DNA of 64,000 bases from the NCBI GenBank assembly GCA_001771185.1, contig METB01000001.1, positions 310,848 to 374,847 on the forward strand, read 5' to 3'. Source of the DNA: a candidate division Kazan bacterium RIFCSPHIGHO2_01_FULL_44_14. Lineage in GTDB: Bacteria > Patescibacteriota > Kazan-3B-28. Position numbers and translations under genes: made by a program. Position 1 is the stretch's first letter, and every line of letters starts with the position of its first letter. Below the pieces are notes generated by a model. The model searched no databases. It was not told the DNA's origin and saw nothing but the letters and a program-made list of their open reading frames with translations. Positions 1-8,859 of this stretch are shown piece by piece.

Positions 1-219
1 CTCAATCCGTTCGCGAATTTTGCTGGCCTCATCCCGGGCGGTCAGTACAATTTCTTTTTCTTTTTGTTCGGCTTGGACCAATTTTTCTTTGGCTCGACCT
101 AAAATTTTGTCCGCTTCCTGCTCGGCATTGTTGACCTTCTGTTTGGTCGCAGTGGTTTTCCACCAGTACCCTAAACCAGCGCCAACTATGGCCGCCAGGA
201 CAATTTCAACAATATTCAT
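1..219 (-). CDS. rny: Ribonuclease Y, N-terminal part (runs off window)
   Basis: Manual translation MNIVEIVLAAIVGAGLGYWWK...AEQEADKILGRAKE..KEIVLTARDEA: N-terminal TM plus coiled coil typical of RNase Y; GGAGG SD upstream. Confidence 0.8.
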   Translation of the reverse strand, partial: MNIVEIVLAAIVGAGLGYWWKTTATKQKVNNAEQEADKILGRAKEKLVQAEQKEKEIVLTARDEASKIRERIE

Positions 220-224
220 AAATC

Positions 225-457
225 CTCCGTGCGCTACACCAGGAACACACCACTACGCCCCTTAACCAGAGCATACTGTTTTGAACGAATAACCTACCCG
301 TCTAGAATAGCCAACCCAAGCTCGTGATTTCGAGCACCGGGCGAAGCACATCAATAAAGGTGATGAGCGGGTATCCCAACAAGGGGAGAAGTAGGGCCAT
401 GACCTGATAATTTTATTAATATGGGGGCTGGATTACCACCCAAAACTGCCTTCAGCC
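225..457 (-). ncRNA. Candidate structured RNA (6S-like or rny leader)
   Basis: TTGACC(492-487)-17-TAAATT(469-464) promoter, then about 240 nt without a credible ORF; nested complementary segments GCCCC/GGGGC, CCTAC/GTAGG, CATCA/TGATG, GCTCG/CGAGC. Confidence 0.4.
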
Positions 458-500
458 ATACTCAATTTACGCTCAATTTGAAGGGAGGTCAAACTTGGGA

Positions 501-548
501 AATCTAGACAATTTATCCAATCTGAACAATCTAACCAATTTAGACAAT
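501..548. repeat. Degenerate 9-mer tandem array (AATCTAGAC-like x5)
   Basis: aatctagac aatttatcc aatctgaac aatctaacc aatttagac aat. Confidence 0.75.
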
Positions 549-607
549 AAATCTCATTCCACAACCTATCACTTTTAACTTTTCACTACTCCGGGCATAC
601 TTATGTC

Positions 608-2533
608 ATGTGGGGGAAAGTTTTGTGTTGGATAATAGTAACTGGACTCGGACTGGGTCTGGTTCAATTTGTGTCAGCGGAAGGAGAGAGTCCGAGCGTG
701 ATTATCAATGAAGTGGCGTGGGCAGGAAGTACAAAGTCCAATGACGATGAGTGGATTGAACTGAAAAATACCACTGATGCACCCGTGAATATTAGTGACT
801 GGAAAATTACCCGGGCCAATAGCATTACCGATGGTAATACCATCGCAACCTTCGGGGAAGGCGTTACGATCCCAAGTGGTGGGTTTTTGTTAATTAGCCA
901 CTTTAGCCAAGACGATCAGGACAATTCAGTACTTAATGCCGAAAGCGTTGTGGTAGAGGACAAGATGTTGTTGGCGGATAGCAATTTACGACTTCGATTG
1001 TGGCAACCAGGCATTGAAACGCGCATTGATGAATTAACTAATATTACTCAAAGCGGTTACGACAAAGAGAATAAAATTACTACTGAACGGACTTCGGATG
1101 TGACTGGCTGGCAAAGTAGCACCCGTGCTAATCACCCTAATTTCGATATTGGCGTAACCGACCTCGGTACACCCAGTGCTGAAAATTCCACCATCACCGA
1201 GCCACCAACACTCGCATCAATTACTCCCAACACAGTAACGCAAGGCGAAGCGCTGGAAGTCGAAAACATTGTCGGAACTAACTTCAGCACAGAATCACTA
1301 CCAACTTTACAACTGGTTCGGGGTAACCTCACTATCAACGGAACCGATATCAATGTTGTAAATAGTACGCTGATTGACCGCGCAGAATTTTCTACTGCCG
1401 GCGGTACGGAAGTAGGGATGTGGAATTTGACTCTGACTAACCCCGATGGCAAAATCGCAACCCTACCAAACGCAGTGGAGGTCTTAGCCCCCGAACCAGA
1501 ATTTGATTTAGGGACTACTGTTCGCATCAACGAAATTTATCCTCATCCAAATACAACCAGTAATGATGAATTTATCGAACTGTACAACTCGGGCGACCGA
1601 GCAATCAACTTACTTAGCTGGCGACTCGACGATATTCCTGAAGGCGGCTCAGCGCCATATACTTTTGAAAATGTAAATATCGGGGCCAAAGGGTTTTTGG
1701 TGATATACAAACCGCAAAGCAAATTAACATTGAATGACAATGGCGATTCGGTCTATTTAATCCAGCCCGATAATTTTGTATTGGACCAAGTTGATTATGA
1801 CAACGCTGGAATCGGTCAGACCTTGTCACGATTTACAAGTGGTTGGAAATGGACCACCACTCCCACACCCAACGGTGCTAATGTTTTGAGCGAACCCGTG
1901 GACGATACACAGCCCAACGAACCACCATTAGAACCGGACGATGAACCGATTACTCCAACCTACCAATCTAAGGATTTAGAACTAACCGAATTACTTCCCA
2001 ACCCAAACTCGTCCGACGAGTTTATTGAATTATTCAATCCCGGCACGAGTGCCATCAATTTGACCGATTGGCAACTAAAAGATGCTTCCGGTAAAAAATA
2101 TACAATTGGAGATTTTGAGGTGACCGTCCAAGCCAATGGTCTGCTCATCCAGCCACAGCAGTATGTGGTGATTACTCAAACCATGTCCAAAATTGCGTTA
2201 AATAATTCTGGCGGAGAGACGGTAACACTACTAGACCCTAGTGGGCAAATAGTCGACAGCGCGTCCTATCCCGACAAAGCACCAGTGGGTGCATCTTACG
2301 CATTGATAACGGCTGGACTTTGGACTTGGGTACCAACCCCAACTCCAGGGCAGGCCAACTTGGTTACACTATCCGAAGACATGCCCACTCCAACCATTGA
2401 AGTAGTATCTACTCTTCCTGACACATTACCGGTTACTGGTGGTTCGGCTCGACGCTGGCTAGGTGTGTTACTGGTAAGTTTTGCATTGGCAGGCGTGGTA
2501 TTCTGGGAACGCAGGAAGAAACTTTTGCATTAG
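608..2533 (+). CDS. Secreted protein with three lamin-tail domains, an IPT/TIG-like domain and a C-terminal LPxTG-like sorting signal
   Basis: Signal peptide; three INE..P....EFIEL.N lamin-tail motifs; C-terminus LPVTG + hydrophobic helix + RRKK. Confidence 0.85.
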   Translation: MWGKVLCWIIVTGLGLGLVQFVSAEGESPSVIINEVAWAGSTKSNDDEWIELKNTTDAPVNISDWKITRANSITDGNTIATFGEGVTIPSGGFLLISHFSQDDQDNSVLNAESVVVEDKMLLADSNLRLRLWQPGIETRIDELTNITQSGYDKENKITTERTSDVTGWQSSTRANHPNFDIGVTDLGTPSAENSTITEPPTLASITPNTVTQGEALEVENIVGTNFSTESLPTLQLVRGNLTINGTDINVVNSTLIDRAEFSTAGGTEVGMWNLTLTNPDGKIATLPNAVEVLAPEPEFDLGTTVRINEIYPHPNTTSNDEFIELYNSGDRAINLLSWRLDDIPEGGSAPYTFENVNIGAKGFLVIYKPQSKLTLNDNGDSVYLIQPDNFVLDQVDYDNAGIGQTLSRFTSGWKWTTTPTPNGANVLSEPVDDTQPNEPPLEPDDEPITPTYQSKDLELTELLPNPNSSDEFIELFNPGTSAINLTDWQLKDASGKKYTIGDFEVTVQANGLLIQPQQYVVITQTMSKIALNNSGGETVTLLDPSGQIVDSASYPDKAPVGASYALITAGLWTWVPTPTPGQANLVTLSEDMPTPTIEVVSTLPDTLPVTGGSARRWLGVLLVSFALAGVVFWERRKKLLH

Positions 2534-2540
2534 ATTTCCA

Positions 2541-2836
2541 GTCATGCTGAACTTGTTTCAGCATCCAAATCCTGAATCCCCTCGGTACACTCGAGACATT
2601 GTAAATTCAGGATGACCGTGCAAAAGATAGTGAACAGTCCTCCTTCGTTCTGCTGGACAGCAGAACTACGGAAGGACCTACAGTGAAAAGTTATAGTTGT
2701 CATTCCGAGTGACCCCGAGTGTAGCCGAGGGGAATCGAGGAATCTAGTCCCGGCTAGCCGGGACGGCTCCGCCTAGATCCTTCGACTCGCTTCGCTCACT
2801 CAGGATGACAAAAAGAAGGGCTGGATCAGGATGACA
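2541..2836. repeat. Cluster of REP-like palindromic elements (GTCAT...GATGAC family and CTGCTG-hairpin family)
   Basis: gtcatgctgaa..ttcagcat..caggatgac; gtcattccgag..gaatct..agatcc..ctcaggatgac; gttctgctggacagcagaac. Confidence 0.8.
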
Positions 2837-2878
2837 AAAAGGAGGACTTACTTAAGATGACAGAATAAAAGAATACCA

Positions 2879-3325
2879 ATGGAGATTAAAGTCACAACCA
2901 ACAATTTATCTGCCACCCAAACACTAGGGGAATTGATTGGCAAGAATTTAAAGGGCGATGAGACCTTCGCCCTGGTTGCTGAACTCGGTGGTGGCAAAAC
3001 CTCATTCACCCAAGGACTGGCTCGCGGGTTGGGTATCAAAAAAATTGTGATTAGTCCGACTTTTGTATTGGAGCGAATTTATAAAAGCCGACATCCGCTC
3101 CATCATTTCGACATGTATCGAATCGAGGCCAGCGATGCCGATTCGACTGGGCTGTTGGATATTTTGGGCGAAGCGGTCGTGGTAGTGGAGTGGGCCGAAA
3201 AAATAAAGTCGCAGTTGCCAGACGATACTATTTGGGTAACCATCAAAGTGATGGGGGAGAACGAACGAGAGTTTATATTTGAGTATCCTGAAAATCGAAA
3301 TTATGCCTTCAAAAATGTTAAGTAA
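2879..3325 (+). CDS. tsaE: tRNA threonylcarbamoyladenosine biosynthesis ATPase TsaE
   Basis: ELGGGKT P-loop, SPTF, HFDMYR, VEWAE motifs. Confidence 0.95.
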   Translation: MEIKVTTNNLSATQTLGELIGKNLKGDETFALVAELGGGKTSFTQGLARGLGIKKIVISPTFVLERIYKSRHPLHHFDMYRIEASDADSTGLLDILGEAVVVVEWAEKIKSQLPDDTIWVTIKVMGENEREFIFEYPENRNYAFKNVK

Positions 3326-3980
3326 TATTTTAGGAATCGATACTAGCCACGATGAAACCGTTATTGGATTGAACGGCAAGATTGTGGCGTGGAAATCGGT
3401 TCGCAACCAGTCCAAAGAATTACTGCCAAAAATTGACAAACTGCTTTCACAGCAGAAAATCAAGCCGAATAAATTAAAAGGTGTAGTGGTAAACATTGGC
3501 CCTGGTTCGTTCACCGGACTTAGGGTCGGAGTAACAGTCGCCAATGGTTTTGGCTATGGTCTGAAAATTCCGGTGGTGGGAATTAGTGAGTTTGAAGCAA
3601 TAAAAACTTTCTATCCCAAAATAGACATTATTGTACTGGATGCCAAGCGGGGAGAGTTATTTATTCAGGCCAGGAAGTCAGCACCGAAATTAATCACTGC
3701 CGATAAACTTGGCGAGCTGATTAAAATCGGCACCCAAATTTATGTTGACGATTACCGACTCATTCCCATCATCCATGAGCAATTGAAAAAAGCCGGGACG
3801 ATTTACATCCCTGGCCTCACCCGCCAACAAAAAATGACAGCCATGATGGAGACAGCGGGTAAGCGGAATCAGAGATTCCTAGATCCTTCAACTCCGCTTC
3901 GCTCCACTCGGGATGACAATAAATTGTCAGTTTTGCCACTATATCTCCGTGGAGCCAATATCACACGAAAGAAAATCTAA
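3315..3980 (+). CDS. tsaB: tRNA threonylcarbamoyladenosine biosynthesis protein TsaB
   Basis: ILGIDTS, GPGSFTGLRVG, LDAKRGE, C-terminal PLYLR; start placed at MLSNILGID. Confidence 0.92.
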   Translation: MLSNILGIDTSHDETVIGLNGKIVAWKSVRNQSKELLPKIDKLLSQQKIKPNKLKGVVVNIGPGSFTGLRVGVTVANGFGYGLKIPVVGISEFEAIKTFYPKIDIIVLDAKRGELFIQARKSAPKLITADKLGELIKIGTQIYVDDYRLIPIIHEQLKKAGTIYIPGLTRQQKMTAMMETAGKRNQRFLDPSTPLRSTRDDNKLSVLPLYLRGANITRKKI

Positions 3981-4076
3981 CCAATCTAATCAATTTAATC
4001 CAATCTAATCAAAAATACGGACTGAGTCCTTCTCTGGATTGGTGAGATTGGTAGAGATTGAATAATTGGATAAATT
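3975..4076. repeat. Inverted 9-mer arrays between convergent genes
   Basis: aatctaaccaatctaatcaatttaatccaatctaatc ... gattggtgagattggtagagattgaataattggataaatt. Confidence 0.7.
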
Positions 4077-4097
4077 ACAGTTGCCTCGGGCAACTGT

Positions 4098-4388
4098 TTA
4101 AAATCCCATCAAAAACATCTTCTCGCCTTTGGCAAACCTTAATGCAGGCGAGGTTTCGAGAGCAGTATTACGGAAGTTTTCCGGACTATTTAAAATTGTT
4201 TGAGCGTAGTCGGTCGGGGAAATGACTGGAACGGGGGCTTGAACAACCACCGACGCCTCGGTTTTTTGTAACTGTCCATTAATCTCTTGACTAAACCACA
4301 CCACACTAGCTAATAAAATATAGCCGAGCACCAGTATCCCAAACATGCCGAGAGTTAAAAATCCAAAATGACGGCGAGAATGTTTCAT
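4098..4388 (-). CDS. Hypothetical single-pass membrane protein
   Basis: 96 aa, N-terminal TM, start overlaps stop of upstream gene. Confidence 0.6.
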   Translation of the reverse strand: MKHSRRHFGFLTLGMFGILVLGYILLASVVWFSQEINGQLQKTEASVVVQAPVPVISPTDYAQTILNSPENFRNTALETSPALRFAKGEKMFLMGF

Positions 4389-7300
4389 TAGATTTTATTC
4401 AGTCCTTCTTTAACCATGTCCGACAAAGAGTTAATAAAATACTCCTGGTCATCAAAATAGAGCGATTTTTGAATATTGACACCTGGGACATTACCTGGGT
4501 AGGAATAATTTTTGCTGATTGCAAATGACACAAATCGGTCTGTCCGTCCACCAAGATAAACGACATTAAATTCAACTTTGGCATCATCGGCTGTTCCCGA
4601 CCAAACTAGGTCGAAATAGGATCGATTGTAAATATTATCAGTACCACCACTAGTCGCGGAAGTAACTTTTCCGTTTTGGCTAATTCGAACGCTGGTTGGA
4701 TTTAAATTCAGACCAAGTTGAACCGGAGGTAATTTTGGCCAACCCAATTTGGCCGACCGCTTGGCAGATTCAGTCGCTAAACTTAATGTCACATGTAATG
4801 ACTTGGCCGAACTGGTCGGCATCCGAGTTTGGCTAAACACCAAACTGCCGCTACCATATAAATTAGTCCCTTCGGCAGCATAACCACTTGAAAGCTGCTC
4901 GGAAGTTTTTGGTCGAGTGTCAGCAGAGGTTTGGTCGGCGTAATACAGCGAAATTTGTGAGGCCGGACTAACCGCACTTCCAGTTGCGCCGTTGATACTG
5001 ATTGACTCGAATCGATTAGGCCGTCCGCCAAGATAGACCACGGCATATTTTGCGCTGCCGACTACTAGCGGAAGATTGTGTTGCTGACTATATGTCCCGT
5101 CTGGATTTTGTTGGAAAATCAGCAAACCAGGGACAGCATATTGACCATTAGTGCCTCCAGTTACCAGCGGGGTTGCGTCACTAGGTAAGCCGTACTTGGG
5201 GACAATTACCTTTAGATCATTAATAATCTTAGTAATTTTTGGTTTATAGATGGTTTCATATTCATCGGCTGACACATATATATACAAGTTTTGTTTCTTT
5301 ACTGGCCCACTCCAAGGGTCTGCGGGGTCAGACTGTGTGCGCTCGATTCGCGAAGACCAAACCGAGAAGGTGGTTGGTGGATTTATCACGAGAGCAGGGT
5401 TAACTATTACTGAACTATTTGGATATGTCTCTGCCTCACGCAAAGTAATTGGTTTGATAAATGCCTGTCCACTACTGTCCACTACTTTAGCATCGATATA
5501 CACCGGCGTACCGTCAGTTGGAATGGAGTTAGCACTAGCACTAATCAGAATCTTATTGCCATAAGAGTCGGCTTTAACTGAATTAAGCGGTGCAATTTTG
5601 TCAGATAAAATTTCATTATTGGCACCGGGCTGTTGACCACTTGGCGTGGCTGGCTGACCGATCCCAGCAGATGGCGGAGTATAATCATTTCCGCTAATAC
5701 AAGCCATCTTATCGCCCCGTTTTACATCAGTGCTTTTGGTAAATTTCCAAGCGTCATAAAGTGAATCGAAATATGGGATTAATATATTGGCAGTATCGCC
5801 AGAGAATTCATCAATGTAGTCGTTGGCTTCTTGTTGGTTGATTTTGGATGCCGCCATCGTATCTAAAAACCCTTGCATAAAGGCCGAAGCGCCGAAGAAT
5901 GCTCCCCAAACACCAGTAAAAAGTGGTAAACCAAGAAAAACTGCCGGATTGGATATCATTGCCTGAATCACCGCCAATGAAGATCCACCCGCGATATCAG
6001 CATCAAGATCAATTGGCAGACCGTCTGGGCCAGTAGGTGCGCCGACCCAGATGCTAGGATCGGTTGCACCATATAATTTCCCGCGTCCACCCAAGAACAA
6101 GATACCGTCCTCCAATCTAGTCGCAGTGGCATAGACCGGAACCGGTTGATCACTGAGCGCCGGGACTTCACAATAACCATTCTGACTAAAATATTGATCA
6201 GTTTTCCCAGACAGTTGATTATATCTAGCCGCATAGGGGTTCAGGAGCCAATCCGGTAGGGGATTACCATTATGATCTACCTTGATTGTGGCAACTTTTA
6301 CTCCCGCTTTTTCTTCTTTAAAAATACCGGCCTTTCTGGCAGTGGCTGTCCATTGGAAAATAGACAGTGGCTCCCATGTATTTTCATCTAAGTCATAAAC
6401 GAACATCCCGTTATTTGGGCTAGTCAAAATATACTGGTTTTTCTCCCAGCGCGTACTGGTTGTAAGCGTACTCTGAAATGGCGTAGCGGCGGCGCTATAA
6501 GCATCTAACAATGTATTCGCATAAGAAAACAATCCAATTCGCGTCAACCGATCCCACAATGATAACCCCTTTTTAGTGGCCACGTCCTGTGTTTCTTGGT
6601 CAGACAAAGTTTTGTCTAGCTTATTTTCAAGCGTTTCCTTGAAGTCATCATGAAGTGGCCCAACTACAGCTGGCGTGTCCACTTTTTCCATTTGTCCAGT
6701 CACTACGTTATAAATATCAAACGGAGCGATATTATCATCTCGCCATTCCGAAACTATCTTCCTATCAATATTAGAGATGGATAACCATTCCAAAATAGTC
6801 GCTGGTCGGCCAATAATCGCTCCAATATCAGCATTTGATAAATGCTCCTCTTGTTTGAGATGCTGAATAAAGAAAAACCAATCAAGCTCATCAACCCTAG
6901 AGTAGAACTCTCCGCCAACCAAATAAACTTTTTGAGGTTGATTTTTGTTGTCATATTGAATCAACGGCACCATCCCTTGACCTCGAGGGTAGCGTAGTTC
7001 TCCTTGAGCAGTAAAGGTATCCTTAAATCCATCATAGATAACTACACTAGTCAGCTGTCCGCCAGTAAGCAAGACCTGACCATCGGTTAAAGGGACGGCC
7101 ACCAAATTAGCATCGGTACTGATTGGCTCTGACAATGGCTCAAACCGACCAGTTGTAAGATTAAGAATTTCTCCATCTTGTAAATAATAACTTTGTGATA
7201 AATAGCCAGGGCTACCACGCCAATCAGCAATCGCCTTAATAATGCGTTCTTTGATTGAACCGAGAAAGTTAGTTGGTTGGATTTTTCCCGAATCCGACCT

Positions 7301-8845
7301 CTCGTCGGTACTAAAATTAGGAAGATAGATCTGTTGCTTGTCATATGTAACACTAAATAGCCAACCGCCAAGTTTAACCCCAGAATAAGCCCCCGGCGGT
7401 CTAGTAAATGAGAATCGAGCATAGTTATACAACTCTCGAAGTTTGGTCAAGACATCGGGTGAAGTAGAAGTATTAGAATTCCCGTTGGTTGGACGTACTG
7501 AAGTCGGCGCGTCTTGACTGAGCGGCGCGCCAAAGGTATTCCCGTCAATATTAATAACGTTTGTGTCGGGAGTGCTTGAGGTAGTTCCGCCACGGCGTTT
7601 CACGAATTCCATCGTCCGTACCGTGCGATTGCCCCAAGAAATTTGGACATCAATGCCGATAGCATTGCGAAACTCGAAATCCTCATCTCCGGCTATCCCA
7701 ATGTAATAGGTGTAACTAAATGGATAACTCGGATAGAGAGTAGCTTCAACTTGATATGTCCGCCCTAAAATATCACGCTGTTCAACGTTTGACAAATCCT
7801 GTTCTACGAAAGTCCCGCTGGTCAGCCGCAAAAATCGTCCACCCCCCTGGATAGTCAACGTCATGTGAGCACGAGCCGGAGGCGCTAACCCTTCCACTTC
7901 TGGAGTAGAGACCTTTACTCGCAAAGCAGCTCTCTCACCAACTCCAATTGTTCGCGGAGATACACTTGTTTCCACTTCGATAATCCCATCGCCGGTGGTT
8001 TTTTGTTGAAGGAAGTTGTAAGAAGGAGCTGCGCCAGAAAAATGTTGAGTCATTGTGCTATCAGGCTGTTCAGGATCATGACTCCAAAACGATTCTGTTT
8101 CGCCACCTAAAATTAGAACCTTGTCAGTCCCTGGAACTAAAACTGCTTGATGTCCCTTCCTGCCCGTGAACATATTGGCCAGATATCCAGATCTAATATC
8201 GTCGCCATCATAAACTCCGGTATTTTTAAAATAATCTTTCAACCAAACAAACTTGCGTTCTTTGACCATGAATACTTCGCCTGTATAAGTATTCTCATGG
8301 AGCAACCCTAAGCCCCATACTGCCTTAAACGGTATCGGGCTATCTGTCACTATTTCACCACCCAAAAGTAAAACATTCCCATCCGGCAGAAGTGTGGCGG
8401 TGTGAAATGCTCGCGGTAGGCGCATATTATCAGTTGGCGTAACAAACTCGTCTTCAGGAGTGTAGATGAACGCGTGAGAAGTAGCCCTACCTTTAGATTC
8501 TATCCCGCCAGCAATTAATACCCGACCATCTCGCAGAGTAGTGGCAGTATGCCCGTATTTTTTGTGTGTTCCCAAATAATCTTGCAACTCGCCAGCTTCA
8601 TGGGGGACAGCTGCTTCTCCGGTAAGAGCTTGCTGTGACTTCTCAGATAGAGTAACTTGACCTTCACTATAAACTAAAAATCTGCCAGGATAATCATCCC
8701 CGCGCCAACCGGCCCCGACTCGTTTAAGTGAATAATTGGTGCTAAATTCCCCGACCGTATCGGCCAACGCCGGCAACGGCGAACTACCACAGAGGACTGC
8801 GATGGTTATAAGCCAGAGAATTATTTTTTGTGTTTGTTTTTGCAT
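4388..8845 (-). CDS. Large secreted Kelch/galactose-oxidase-repeat protein
   Basis: Signal peptide; HTATTLRDGRVLIAGG, RAFHTATLLPDGNVLLLGG and further Kelch blades. Confidence 0.85.
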   Translation of the reverse strand: MQKQTQKIILWLITIAVLCGSSPLPALADTVGEFSTNYSLKRVGAGWRGDDYPGRFLVYSEGQVTLSEKSQQALTGEAAVPHEAGELQDYLGTHKKYGHTATTLRDGRVLIAGGIESKGRATSHAFIYTPEDEFVTPTDNMRLPRAFHTATLLPDGNVLLLGGEIVTDSPIPFKAVWGLGLLHENTYTGEVFMVKERKFVWLKDYFKNTGVYDGDDIRSGYLANMFTGRKGHQAVLVPGTDKVLILGGETESFWSHDPEQPDSTMTQHFSGAAPSYNFLQQKTTGDGIIEVETSVSPRTIGVGERAALRVKVSTPEVEGLAPPARAHMTLTIQGGGRFLRLTSGTFVEQDLSNVEQRDILGRTYQVEATLYPSYPFSYTYYIGIAGDEDFEFRNAIGIDVQISWGNRTVRTMEFVKRRGGTTSSTPDTNVINIDGNTFGAPLSQDAPTSVRPTNGNSNTSTSPDVLTKLRELYNYARFSFTRPPGAYSGVKLGGWLFSVTYDKQQIYLPNFSTDERSDSGKIQPTNFLGSIKERIIKAIADWRGSPGYLSQSYYLQDGEILNLTTGRFEPLSEPISTDANLVAVPLTDGQVLLTGGQLTSVVIYDGFKDTFTAQGELRYPRGQGMVPLIQYDNKNQPQKVYLVGGEFYSRVDELDWFFFIQHLKQEEHLSNADIGAIIGRPATILEWLSISNIDRKIVSEWRDDNIAPFDIYNVVTGQMEKVDTPAVVGPLHDDFKETLENKLDKTLSDQETQDVATKKGLSLWDRLTRIGLFSYANTLLDAYSAAATPFQSTLTTSTRWEKNQYILTSPNNGMFVYDLDENTWEPLSIFQWTATARKAGIFKEEKAGVKVATIKVDHNGNPLPDWLLNPYAARYNQLSGKTDQYFSQNGYCEVPALSDQPVPVYATATRLEDGILFLGGRGKLYGATDPSIWVGAPTGPDGLPIDLDADIAGGSSLAVIQAMISNPAVFLGLPLFTGVWGAFFGASAFMQGFLDTMAASKINQQEANDYIDEFSGDTANILIPYFDSLYDAWKFTKSTDVKRGDKMACISGNDYTPPSAGIGQPATPSGQQPGANNEILSDKIAPLNSVKADSYGNKILISASANSIPTDGTPVYIDAKVVDSSGQAFIKPITLREAETYPNSSVIVNPALVINPPTTFSVWSSRIERTQSDPADPWSGPVKKQNLYIYVSADEYETIYKPKITKIINDLKVIVPKYGLPSDATPLVTGGTNGQYAVPGLLIFQQNPDGTYSQQHNLPLVVGSAKYAVVYLGGRPNRFESISINGATGSAVSPASQISLYYADQTSADTRPKTSEQLSSGYAAEGTNLYGSGSLVFSQTRMPTSSAKSLHVTLSLATESAKRSAKLGWPKLPPVQLGLNLNPTSVRISQNGKVTSATSGGTDNIYNRSYFDLVWSGTADDAKVEFNVVYLGGRTDRFVSFAISKNYSYPGNVPGVNIQKSLYFDDQEYFINSLSDMVKEGLNKI

Positions 8846-8859
8846 GTTGGAAAAAGTGT

